Shown piece by piece: positions 36,421-51,509 of a stretch of DNA of 64,000 nucleotides. The notes below the pieces were generated by a model, which ran no database searches, was not told the origin of the DNA, and saw only the letters and a list, made by a program, of their open reading frames with translations. Both the position numbers and the translations under genes were made by a program. This stretch comes from Octopus vulgaris (Eukaryota): positions 37,696,001-37,760,000 of the forward strand of contig OX597822.1 in the NCBI GenBank assembly GCA_951406725.2, given 5' to 3'. Numbering within the stretch: the first letter of the stretch is position 1; every line of letters starts with the position of its first letter.

Positions 36421-37827
36421 ATAAATAAGTATTTCATTTGACAGAGTAATCTGCTATTCTTTATTTGGCTGCCAGGCCTTAACATAGAGGGGACAATGGG
36501 GACAAAAAACATAAAACGAATGAAAAATGAAGACATAGAAATATTCGTTTCTACTCTAGGCATAAGGCCTGAAATTTTGGGGGAGGGGGCTAATCTATTA
36601 GATCAACCCCAGTACTTGACTGGTACTTAATTTATCGACCCCGAAAGAATGAAAGGCAAAGTCGACCGCAGAGAAATTTGAACTCAGAACGTAACGGCAG
36701 ACGAAATACCTACCATGTTTTTACTGCCGACAAGGGTTAAACACAGAGAGGACAAACAAGGACAGACAAACGGATTAAGTCGATTATATCGACCCCAGTG
36801 CATAACTGGTACTTATTTAATCGACCCCGAAAGGATGAAAGGCAAAGTTGACCGCAGAGGAATTTGAACTCAGAACGTAGCGGCAGACGAAATACCGGTA
36901 AGTATTTTGCCCGGCGTGCTAACGTTTCTGCCAGCCCCAACTTCTAATTCCCTTGGTTGTACTCCTGTCGATTACTGTGTGTAGAGCGCGGTTAAGAAAT
37001 ACATCAAGTGCTCTACCTGTAACACGAAGGCCGAGCTGGTATCCAAGATCTAAGCGGTGTTCGAAGATCGTGTACAGTGTGGAACGCATGCACCAAATTA
37101 AGGAGCCGTGTTGAGGCTGTGTTGGATGTAGTGGGTGGCTACCTTGAGTACACTGTTATCTCCCAGCCATAACGTAGTTGATATTTTTGATTTTTTTTAC
37201 ATATTTTTATTTTTGGAAAGGATATTTGCGTTTTAAAAATAATGAAATTAATTGTATACAGTGCTCAGGTGCACCACAACTTGTCAGAAAGTGCATATAA
37301 AGTACATGCAAATGTAGAAATGTTTGGAAAGCGAACAATGTATGAGTCAGATACATGCTTGTGTGTGTATGGAGGGGAGAAAATCAAGTGTAGTGTTGGC
37401 GAATCTCAGGAAGCATGGAAGTTTTGAAGGATGCAGTGCTCTATGCAAAACTGTCAAATTAAACCCGGACACCTTGTAGATAGATAAATAGCGGGAAGGA
37501 GAGAGAAAGAGGGAGACAGAGAGAGCGAATGAGAAAGAGAGGAGAAGAGTGAGAGAAAGGGATATAGAGAGAAAAGGAGAGAGTGACAGAATGGTTAACA
37601 AGTTTTCGTGGCAATTAGAGGTCTTGTGTTTAATGCGTGGCGTCTTAGACGAGTCTCTCCCACCAAAGCGTTTGGTTCTGTCAAGCCTAGTGAGTGATAT
37701 CAAGTAGACGGAAACTGTGTAGAAGCCTTCAGTTGGATAGTGTCTGTAACTCAAAGGTTCAGCCTTGTCACGTACTAATTCAGCCTGACACATTAAAGGT
37801 ACACGTGTCTATGAAATGCTCAACTAC

Positions 37828-37959
<132 letters not shown>

Positions 37960-37976
37960 GCCTGTCTGTCTGTCTG

Positions 37977-39285
37977 TCCCGACCTTACCATCACCAAACT
38001 GGAACGCATACTCTTCCGCTTCTTGTGGAAGGGAAGCGTTCCGATGGTTAGGCAATCCATTTGCTGTCAACACCCGCTAAATGGAGGTCTAGGCATACCA
38101 TGGTTTATGATGCGCAGACACGCAGTGAGACTGTGACATCTTCGGCGCTTCATAGACGACGGTGAACAGGTGTGGTCGGCGTCGTTTGTGCGGCGCGTTT
38201 TCCCGCAGCTCGTCTCCTTGGCCGAACTGCAGTCGTGGATCAAACAGAGACCGAGGCCAGGCGAATGGCACCGCGAGTATCGCGTTGCTCTCAAGCAACT
38301 CTGCCGTCCGGGATCAAACTTGTGCAACTTCATTACAACAAAGGCGTTCTATAGAGGATTAGTGGAGGGGAGGTGCGACGATGTTCTCGGACAGAATCTG
38401 GGCATCGACGGGGAACACCTGACCCTCCTGTTCAGGACAACTTTCGGACCAGGACCTACGGACAATCACCAAAGATCCCTGACCTGGCAGTGCTATCGAG
38501 AAGCATTACCTGTTCGGGATAAGCTCTACAGGCACACCGGACCGACACACCGGACCGACACACCGGACCGACTTGCCCGAGATGCGGTCAGAGCGACGAA
38601 ACCGTTCTGCACGCGCTCGTGTAGTGTCCAACCATTTTGGACCTGTGGGCTTATGCCGAACGGCTGCTGTCACGTGTGGGACGAGTCCGCCTGTCGGCCG
38701 AGTCTATCGTGAAAATTGCTCCGCCACCTCCCCTCAACCGGGAAGGCAAGGCAGTCTTCAACGTACTGCTGGCCATAGTGAAAGAATGTGTATAGTGGAC
38801 TCAAGCGAAAGGATTAGAGACAAACACTTACCTCTCTGGCCAATCGCTCATCAACTTTTTCAAGTACCACTTGAAAAGGAAGGTGAGAATGGAGAGGCAG
38901 GTTTTGTCACGTGAAAGTTTCAAAAAAAGGTGGGTGAATGTAGCAAAGATGGTACGTACGAATAACGAAACCACTTTGAGCATGATCCTGTAAATCGAAA
39001 AGAGAGCGAGAGAGAGAGAGAGAGAGCTTTTTGCTTTCATGTGTTTATTCCCTCCCTGCCTGAGGTTACCGTGGTCTTTTCCGTAGGCTTTTCTTTCCAT
39101 GGATAAACCTAATCTTGCTTTTTACATTTTTAAAATTCTTCTGTGACATACGATCCCTTTTGATCGTCTTTTTTTTCACGATCCCTTTTGATCGGAATTT
39201 TACTTTTTTTTCATTTTCGAAAAGAAGGGCTCTACATTTGTATTTGTCCCCTCTGTGTTAATCCCTGTGTGGTCAATAAAGAAAG
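37977..39285 (+). mobile_element. 5'-truncated Tx1/L1-like LINE 3' end embedded in (TCTA)n/(TCTG)n
   Basis: LERILFRFLWKG..NGGLGIP, WQCYREALPVRDKL, CPRC zinc knuckle, AATAAAGAA tail. Homologous to ~23370-25050. Confidence 0.8.
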
Positions 39286-39289
39286 TTAT

Positions 39290-41000
<1,711 letters not shown>

Positions 41001-42023
41001 CACTATAAAGTGAGACTTTTTGTATGACCAATGGCAGACAATTGCCTGGAACCCAGTGGAGACCTTTTTTCGAAAAAATAATTCAATATAAGCAACACTG
41101 AGCTCCCAAAAAAGACAAATGCCTTACCTGTTTTTCAATTTTTCAGGACGGCTTCACAGCATGTCTTGACAGTTCTCTTTCACGGAACTGGCTAAAACCC
41201 TTCAAGGCGGTGCTCCAGCATGGTCACGGGTAAAATGACTGAAACAAGTAAAAGAATAAAAGAAATAACACACGCATATACACACATGCGCGCACGCGCG
41301 CGCGCACACACACACACACACATACATGTCTTCTATTTTTTACTTGTTTCAGTCACTGGACTGTGGATATAATGCAGCATTGTTCGGAAAAGACAGCAAA
41401 TTGACATACATGCGCACACTCACACACACACACACACACACACATGACGGATTTCCATTCAATTTCTGTCAACCAAATTCACCTCCAAAGCATGAGTCGA
41501 CCAGGGCCCACATCCGAAGACAACTGCCCAAGATGCTGCGTTGTGAGACTCAACTCGAAACCACCTGGTTGTAAAAGCTAGCTTATTAACCATGCCTGCG
41601 CCTATGTGCCAACTTTTGTTTCGTTCCGGAAGCAGAAAATAGGTACCAAACAATCCCAACACTAAAAGAAACCCTTCTCTTCCTTGTTTGGAACCAAACT
41701 TCATGGCTGCTAGCATTAAAGTTGGCGAGATGAAAGGGAGATCGAAAGAGATTGTAGGGATGCAAGAGTTGAGATGAATAGATGCGGCCTATGTACATAC
41801 ATACATATATCCAGACTTATTCCCCGTTTTTTTAAGGAGCGGGTAGCCACAACAAGACATACGCCAGGCATCCCATTCATTTCCTAGCTCAAAGAGGCGA
41901 GCCCCATCCTATGCTTGGGTCAAGGCATAGAGCGCAACCCCCAATATCAGCAGCGGGGCCCTACAGAATATTTTATTACCGCCATCTCCCCTACCCCAAA
42001 CACCACCACCACCACCACCACCG

Positions 42024-42095
<72 letters not shown>

Positions 42096-42864
42096 CTACT
42101 ACTACTACTATTACCCATTTGAGCAACATCAAATTCACTCATTCGTCCACAAACACTCTCCAAGCTTTTCTATTAGTTATAAACTCTCTTGCCTCTCATA
42201 TATATATATATATATACTTATAGAGAGGATGGATGAGGAGCGGATGGTAAGGTGGGTGGTGAAAGCAGGAGTAGCAGGCGGCGGATAACCAGTGGCAGAT
42301 CTCGGTTTGTGCGGATGGACGGAGTGAGGAAAGCTTTGGTGGTTAAAGGTGTTGGAGTGCGAGAGGCAAGAGAGTTTATAAATAATAGGAAAGCTTGGAG
42401 AGTGTTTGTGGACGGATGAGTGAATTTTGATGTTGCTCAAAGGGGTACGCAATCAAAAAAAAAAGAAAGAAAAGAAAGATGTGTCCTATGTACAAGAGGT
42501 AAAAATGAAGTGGCGTTTCAACCACACTCATTGACACAAGGGCAGATTTTCCTCAGTGGGTCACGGTGCTGGAGTTCGTTTTTTTTGTTAACAGAAAAAA
42601 AAAAACTTGACAAATAAAGTTATTGGCGTAGTCAGAATATGGGACAGAATACGCTTTACACTTGTCGCAAGCAATACAATAAGGACAGTAATTTAAGGGA
42701 TCTGCGCCAAACGCAGGGTTGAGTGATTAACTAAAGGGACCGTTATTATGAAATCCTCCTGCTGACTACTACCACCACCACCACCACCACCACCACCACC
42801 ACCACCACCACCACCACCACCACCACCTCCACCACCACTGCTGCTGATGCTCCGGCTACTGCTG

Positions 42865-42919
<55 letters not shown>

Positions 42920-43123
42920 AACAACACTAACAAATGATAGGGACCTTATTATCACGGCTGGTGATTGTAATGGACATGTTGGGCAACATCAGGATGGCAT
43001 TAATATGGTACAAAGAATAAAGAATAGTCAAGGTTTATGGAATTCCTTGATGTAAAAGACCAAACTATTTCCAACCTAAGTTTAGGAAACCGGTCAACCA
43101 TCTGATTTCCCTACCTCTTAACC

Positions 43124-43889
43124 CAGTAATTCTCAACAGGGGTCCATGTAAGATTTTGTTGTTAAAGTTTATCTGCAATAAAGTAGTTACACTTCCACAG
43201 TGCACAAAATATTTTAACATTTTTTCTTTACACAATTCCTGATAATATTTAATTCTAAAAGTATGACGGGATTTTTTGAAACATCGAATGGCTATGAGCA
43301 AGGCTGTTTCTCTAATATTTTACATAATTATTTCCGCCTTAGTGAAGGCGGAGGTATTGTTTTCAGTCGTGTTTGTTTGTTTGTCCGTGGACAAGATATC
43401 TCAAGGACTGCTGGATGGATTCGGATGAAACTTTCAGGGATGTTTGGCCTCGTGACTGACACGAACTGTTTAGATTTTGGGCTCGATCCGGTACCGGACA
43501 AGAATTCTGGATTATTTTTCCGTTTTCTTTTTTTACCTAATTTTTGAGAGCGGTCAGGTTCATTTTTAGTATTCTCGTTTGTGAGAGCAGTCGAGTTTAT
43601 TTCAGATATTCTCATTTAAAAAATCATCTCTGGCTAATCGTTGGTGTTGCCTTGGCGGAGGTTCGCGCTCTCTGAGTGCTCTTGTTCTGCATGTTTCTAG
43701 CAACTTAAACATGTTCTCTCAGAGAGTGCTACTGCAAACTTACACAAGTGAATATGTAACAAACAAAATGGGAATTTTGAAAGAAGTATCTATATAACTA
43801 GTTTTTAAATATCGAATGTTTATAAGGGTCCACAAGAACAAAGTAGAAATCGCAGGGATCCATAGGTAAAGAGTGATTGAGAACCACTG
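43124..43889. mobile_element. hAT-like MITE (CAGTRRTTCTCAA...TTGAGAACCACTG) with nested DINE-like element at 43330-43685
   Basis: TIRs and an imperfect 8-bp TSD (TCTTAACC / TCTTAGGC). Relatives at 47106-47358 and ~33680-33800. Confidence 0.6.
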
Positions 43890-44934
43890 TCTTAGGCGAA
43901 CAAGCCCGTTAGCCAGACTTTGTACTTACAGAAAAAGTGGTTAGACAATTTGGTTGCGAATACGAAGTTTTTCTTCTCTGAATAATGAAGTCCCCAAGAT
44001 AGATTGGTGATTAGAAAGATCAAAGTAAGAGTTAGAGCAGAGACAGAAACATAAGAGAATTTAGAATGGAGAGGCGTTAAAATAAACTTAAAAACAAACA
44101 CTTAATTTTCCAAAAAACAAGATAGGACTCCCGCCGGGGAAGTAGTTACGCTTGATAAGCAGAATATTAGGCTGGAATTCCCTACAGGGTACTCAATGTA
44201 AATATGGATGCACAAAAGATACTAAAGGATCATAAGCAGAGAAGGACTTCACGTCTGTACTCTAGGAGTAGTGGAAAGGGAACTGATGCAGTCTACCGGC
44301 GCGAAAAGTTTCTCGCATGCGTAGAAAGGGTGGCGTCACTTTCAACCGAAAGGATTAGTTTTAGGGGAAAAAATTAAAGTTGGGTACTTTTTGAACGAAT
44401 TTCGTTCAAATAAACGAGTTTCGTATATTTGTGTCCGAAATGTGATGTTTCTCGGAAGAGAAATATGGACATTGAATGTAGATGTTTGAAGGCGAGAAAG
44501 AAACGCGGCGAACTTGCTACGTTGGATGTGTAATAAGAAACGCTCAATGTTAACGACGGAGATCAAATAAATGAGGAGAAAAACAAAACAAACTAAATAT
44601 AAGAGGAATCAGATGTGATGTGTAAAGACAGAAGACAGCTGGTACAGACATGCGGTGCTTATGAAGCATGAGAGTTGGTGGAGAAAATACCATGTAATCT
44701 CGCTGGAAAGAAACTGTAGGAAAGAAAGACTGTGAAAGACATGAGAAGGAATGGTGAAAGTTGATTTCATGAAACTGAACCGCAGGAAAAAGATGACAAA
44801 GGACTCCAATAAAGGGCGAGATGATGTGACGGAGAGGCATCTAGCCCATGCAATTATGGAAAAGCGGGCGTAAGATGTTGATGGTGGCAATGGCATTGCT
44901 GATTATGATGGTAGTAATGATGATGAATAAATGA

Positions 44935-44978
<44 letters not shown>

Positions 44979-45483
44979 TATGAGTATGTGTGTATACATA
45001 AATATACAAACTATATATATCATACATGTATAGATGTGTGAATACATGCATACTTGCATATACAAATATATCACACATATATTCATTGCAGAGGGATATG
45101 TTTATCTATATATATGCATGTATGTGTGTGTGTTCGTGTATATGCTTATGTACATAAATCTAATATAGGATATATTTATATATATATGTGTGTGTGTGTA
45201 AATGTATGTATACATGAGAAGGAATAGTGAAAGTTGATCTCTCTCTCTTTCTCTTTCCTTATTTCTCTCTCTCTCTCTCTGTCTACACACACACACACTT
45301 TACACGGAGTAGTCATGCCATTTGAGGCTGAACGATTGTCGGATAAGTCCGTTCGCTTAGTATACTTGCTGAACATGAAACTTGAAGTAGTTCACGTATA
45401 TCTCTTTTATTCCTTAAATGATCAGCGTACATTCACCTCCACGCATACATTTACACAGACACAGACACACACACACAGACACA

Positions 45484-45548
<65 letters not shown>

Positions 45549-45927
45549 AAACGCACGTATATGTATATCTCACTTATGTAACTGAAAACAAATATAATCG
45601 ATTATTTGTAAAGCCTTGAATTACATTTGAAATTGATCAATCGAGCAGAAATCGAAAGCCAATTCTCATTTAATAAATTTAACCTACTCAACGCAACGCG
45701 AACAGATAAATAAATTTGACTCAATCGATTTCCTTACCTAAATGTAATATCTTAAACGCACAATCAATCATGAATCAATAAATAATTCCCATTTAATAAA
45801 TTCAATCTATTCAGCACAATGCTAACACACGATAAATTGGATTCAATCGAATTCATTTCAAGGATGTAATATCGTAATGCTTTTTAGTTTTATTGTATTA
45901 AGCGCGAGTTCTCTGTCTGGCTTGTGG

Positions 45928-46830
45928 TATGTATGTATGTATGTATGTATGTATGTATGTATGTATGTATGTATGTATGTATGTATGTATGTATGTGTGT
46001 ATGTATTTATGCATGTATATGTCTATGTATGTATGCATACATGCATGCATGTATGTAGATATGTATGTATGTGTTCGTGTGCGTGTGTGTATGTATGCAT
46101 GTACGTGTGTATGTATGTATGTATGTATGCATGTATGGATTTATGTACGTATGTATGCATGTATGTGTGTACATGTGTATGTATGCATGTATGCATGTGT
46201 GTATGTATGTATGTATGTGTATGTGTGTACGTATGTATGTATGTGGATGTATGCATATGTATGTATGTATGCATGTGTGCATATATGTATTTATGTATGT
46301 ATATGTGTATGTATGAGTGTATGCAAGTATGTATGTACGTGTGTATGTATGTGTGTATGTATGTACGTGTGTGTATGTATGCATGTGCGTGTACGTATGT
46401 ATTAATGTATATATGTATGCATGTATGTATGTATGTATGTGTGTGTGTACATGTATGTATGTGTAAGTATATATGTGTGTATGTATGTGTATGTATGTAT
46501 GTACGTTTGTGTGTATGTATGTACGTGTGCATGTATGTATGTGTTTATGTATGTGTGTATGTATGTGTGTGTATGTATGTGTGTGTATGTATGTGTGCAT
46601 GTATGTATGTGTGTATGTATGTATGTATATATGTGTGTATGTATGCATGTATGCATGTATGTGTGTGTGTATGTATGCGCATGTATGCATGTGAGTGTTG
46701 GCATGTACCTCTGTATATATATGTATGTGTGTGTGCATATGTATGCATGTTTGTGTATATGTACGTACGTATGTATGCATGTATGTGTGTGTATGTATGT
46801 ATGCGTGCATGTATACATGCTTGTATGTAG
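45928..46830. repeat. Long degenerate (TATG)n/(TG)n microsatellite
   Basis: Direct inspection. Confidence 0.95.
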
Positions 46831-46955
46831 ATAAGTAGGCAGGCATCCTTCTCATGCCTTCTCTTTCCGACTGTTGCTATTTTTCTTTCTTTCTTTCTTT
46901 CTTCCCCCTCTCTCCACCCTTTCTCAGTCTCTGTTATGCTGGTTATCTCTCTGTT

Positions 46956-46991
<36 letters not shown>

Positions 46992-47376
46992 ACATACATG
47001 CGCGCGCGCGCACACACGAAATCGTGTGCGCACATGCACAGACAGACCTACGTAGCGTGTGTCGCTGCTTCGTATCTGTGTGTTCGACAGTGTACCTATC
47101 TAGACCAGTGGTTCTTAACTGGGGTCCGCGTGACCTTTCGGGGTGCGTATAAACATTTATTGTTAAAAATTTATGAGCAATTCATTGCTTATGCTTCAAT
47201 CATATACAAAATGTTTTAACAGTTTTTATACAATTCCAAACAATATTCAATTACAAAAACGTAGCAGGATTTTTTAAGTATTGAATGGCTACAATGATCC
47301 ACCCAAGTAAAGTAAAATTCAAAGGGGTCCTTAGATAAAACATGCTTGAGAACCACTGGATTATATATTCTCATAT

Positions 47377-47473
<97 letters not shown>

Positions 47474-47747
47474 CACACATGTACACACAGGCATACAAAC
47501 GCACAAATAAACATGTATATATGTAGACGCAGGCGTGGCTGTGTGGTAAGTAGCTTGCTTACCAGCCTCATGGTTCCAGGTTCAGTCCCACTGCGTAGGA
47601 CCTTGGGTAAGTGTCTTCTGCTCTAGCCTGGGGCCGAGAGAAAGAGAGAGAGATAGGGAGAAAGAAAGAAACGAAAGAAAGAGAAAAAGAAATAGCAACA
47701 GTCAGAAAGAGAAAGCATGAGAAAGTAGACGGAAACTGAAAGAAGCC

Positions 47748-47804
<57 letters not shown>

Positions 47805-47909
47805 CGTGACCGACCAGACTATCAGATGTTGCTACACATCGCTGGCCACAAGGCGCTTCGCATTGTTTTAGCCTTCAAATGACGTCACCACGCTGGCTAA
47901 GCGAGCAGG

Positions 47910-47968
<59 letters not shown>

Positions 47969-47970
47969 CA

Positions 47971-48017
47971 AAAACTGTCCGATAAACGGCAACGTGAAAC
48001 TCAGAGTAACAGGTTTT
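47971..48017 (+). ncRNA. Minimal hammerhead-like fold with mutated core
   Basis: CTGT-CCGATAA-ACG-GCAA-CGT-GAAA-CTC-A-GAG-TA-ACAG: all three stems pair; core differs from CUGAUGA at 2 positions. Confidence 0.55.
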
Positions 48018-48113
48018 GTAGAATTTTCTGCTGCTTTAAATAAAGCATATTATTCTACCACTGGTATTTGAGTACTCTTTTTTTCCACCTTGTTTCACAT
48101 TTATGTTTACTCC

Positions 48114-48245
<132 letters not shown>

Positions 48246-48522
48246 CAGGCGTGGCTGTGTGGTAACTTGCTTACCAACCACATGGTTCCCGGTACAGTCC
48301 CACTGCAAGTGTCTTTCACTATAACCTTGGGCCGACCAAAGTCTTGTGAGTGGATTTGGTAGACTGAAACTGAAAGAAGCCCGGCGTATATATATATATA
48401 TTTATTTATTGATAGAAATGGTAAGACAATAAAAGAATGAAAGAGACCTCGATATTATGTAAATAGAGGAATTTATCTATCAATATAATATGTGACAATT
48501 ATTCGGATTTTTTTGACGGCCC

Positions 48523-48570
48523 GATAACTGAAGAGATGTCGGCCTGAGTTTCCGCCCCGATATCCGAAAC

Positions 48571-48572
<2 letters not shown>
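48523..48572 (+). ncRNA. 3'-truncated hammerhead-like motif of the 27.4-kb family
   Basis: GATAA CTGAAGA GATGTCGG...CCGATATC C GAAACTC, then cut by (TATC)n. Confidence 0.55.
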
Positions 48573-48661
<89 letters not shown>

Positions 48662-48689
48662 GGGGTATGTGTGTATGTATGTATGTATG

Positions 48690-48723
<34 letters not shown>

Positions 48724-48782
48724 TGTATGTATGTATGTATGTATGCATGTATGTATGTATGTATGCATGTATGTATGTATGT

Positions 48783-49741
48783 CATTATTCAGTTTTATTT
48801 CAAATTTCTTGCCAATAGAGAAAGAGCCTGTTTCTAAACTAGATCCAAGGCTCCTTTATTGGAATTTCAACATCAACGGGGTATTTTTGTATGTATGTAT
48901 ATGTATATGTGTATGTGCAGATTTGTATGCTTTGTTTTATGTATATATTCTCATGCATATAGTTACATATCTAAACATGCGCATATATACTCAAATGATA
49001 AACTTCTGGAAAGTTTTTCGGATTTTCACGGTTCCAGTGATGGATTGGATCTGTAGTCTTCGGATTAGCTTTCTCCTTTCTGGTTTTGAGAAGCCTAATT
49101 TTTCAAGATTGGTATTTAGGCAGTGTGTTACATATCCCAGTGCCCTAATAATTACAGGTATAAACCTGAACTTGCAATTTGGATAAAATAACTGCAAATT
49201 TCTCGATAGTTCTGCATAGGTATTTTCTTTTTCGCTGATCTTTAGCTTTATGTTAACATCCGCTGGGCAGCTGATGTCCAGTTTCTCTTCTCTATCCCGA
49301 ATCATTGTGTCAGGTCTATTGTGTTTACATTTTATTGAGGCTTTCACTGGGACATTTCACCAATATTCCTTTTTATCATGAGTGGCTATGGCTTCCACCA
49401 TACTGTGGATTCTTATTTCCTTGCCCTCGGGTCATCCTTCCGATGGCTCTGGTTATACGTTGTCCCAGCTACAACATCATGTCTCATCGGTAGATAACGC
49501 CGTGATGACATTTTCAGACGACTGCTTATGATGTGGGTAATATCTTCTGTGTTAACTCCACAATGTCTGCATCGGGTGTCACATTTTACTGCTTTTCCTG
49601 CACCTCCGTCCGTTGTGTACATCAGGTATTTGCTTGATATTTCCCGTTCCTGGATTGCAAACGCATACCTTTCAAAGTAGAAGATAGTTATCCGGTTGTT
49701 GGTCCATGATAGACTGCTTTGATGATCAATATTACTATCAT
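48783..49741 (-). mobile_element. 3' fragment of an RLE-endonuclease non-LTR retrotransposon (R4/Dong-like)
   Basis: CRHCGVNTEDITHIISS zinc knuckle, RHDVVA, and HNRPD..DISCP..SEKENTY..IPVIIxALG restriction-like endonuclease motifs. A second, shorter 3' end lies at ~49826-50105. Confidence 0.8.
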
Positions 49742-50843
49742 GTATGTATGTATGTATGTATGTATGTATGTATGTATGTATGTATGTATGTATGTGTGTG
49801 TGTGTGTGTGTACGTATGTATGTATGTCATACTTCAGTTTCATTTCAAGATTTCTTGCCAATAGAGAAAGAACCGGTTTCTAACCTAGACCCAAGGCTCC
49901 TTCATTGGAATTTCAACATCAACAACAGGGTATTTTTGTTTTTATGTATGTATGCAAGTATGTATATGCGCAGATTTGTATGTTTTGTTTTATGTATGTA
50001 TTCCCATGCATATAGTTGCATATCTGAACATGCTCATATATATTTAAATGGTAAACTTCTGGAAAGTTTTATAGATTTTTGCAGTTCCAGTGATGAATTG
50101 GATCTGTGTGTGTGTATGTATGTATGTGTGTCTATGTATGTATGTATGTATGTATGTATGTATGTATGTATGTATGTATGTATGTATGTATGTATACACA
50201 CGCACGCAAACACACACATGAGCAATATGGAATTGAAGGATTGCTTTCTGTAGACTATGATATTGATTTGATTTTTTTACAATGGAATGGTTGATTGCCT
50301 ACCTTTTCCGTAGAATAAGTACCAGATGTTTAAAAAATAAATAGTGCTAACGTTGATTGATTGGACTTCAAGGCGGTGCCCCAGCATAGCCGCAGCCCAA
50401 TAACTGAAACAAAGAAAAGATAAAATAATATATGATATACACACATATGTTTATATATATTTACATGCAGTTAAATATATGTTCGGTCATAGAATGACCA
50501 ATGGTTTCGCATTCATAAAGCGCTAAGCTTTATGGACAGCTTGTCCGACTCTACTGTCAGAGGCCATATATATATATATATGTGTGTGCGTGTGTGTGTG
50601 TGTGTATGTGCGCGTGCACACACACATTCTGTATTAGCACACACATACTAGTGTAAGCTGAGCTCAGTCAGTAGACGTTAATATCCGACATTTAAAAGTA
50701 CACGTGAACGTTAATTTGTGTGTATATGTGTATATATATATATATCTATGATAATTATATACACCTGAAAATGCATATGTACATGTGTATGTATGCTTAT
50801 AGATAAGTTTCATGATATCAGATGTCAGAAAGTTTTCAGACTG

Positions 50844-51357
50844 GTGTATGAGACGTTTTGGCACAGCCGTTTTGGCGCTACTTATCTGGCGTCTTTGATT
50901 CAATGCTGACTTGACATCAGACGTTTTAATGTTTTTCTCGTTCTCTCCCACATCTCTCTTTCTCTCTCTCCTTCCCCTCCCCTCACTGTGTATATTTGTG
51001 AGCATCTAATTTTATTTGTGCATGTGTAATGTCTCTCTTAGTTTATGTGCTTGAGCATATTTCTCTTTACGTGTAGGAGGAGAGGAAAAGTGTTTGTGTC
51101 AGTCGTGTTCAATAAATAAATTATCTCTCTTTCTCACTGCCACTCCCTCTTCCTCTTTCTCTCTCTCTCGCTCCCTCGCCACTCTCTCTCTTACTCCCTC
51201 TTTCTCCCTCTTACTCTTTCAATCGCTATGTGTATGTTTCTGTGCGCGTTTCTTTACCTCCTGCGTCAAAAGTACTGTGGCCAAAACACGCTGAACGTCC
51301 AGTCAACCGTGCCAAATCGTCAGCTCCAAAACAGCTGTGTCAAATCGTCTCATTCGG
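50844..51357. mobile_element. Mutator-like MITE
   Basis: ATGAGACGTTTTGGCACAGC / GCTGTGTCAAATCGTCTCAT TIRs with subrepeats; near-perfect 9-bp TSD (TTCAGACTG / TCCAGACTG). Confidence 0.6.
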
Positions 51358-51509
51358 TCCAGACTGCAGGTGCTGCGAACATACTGCTCGGATAAAACCT
51401 AAGCAGCTGACGATCCTATAAGTCAATCTACAAATAGAATTCATGCTTCCTACGCGAGGTTTTGTAGATACGTGTCAGAAAGGCTCTTCGATAATTGCTG
51501 AATTTGAGT

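Noticed and set aside
43900-44900. Possible coding or LINE ORF1 remnant
   Set aside because: No sustained frame or recognisable motif could be supported by eye.
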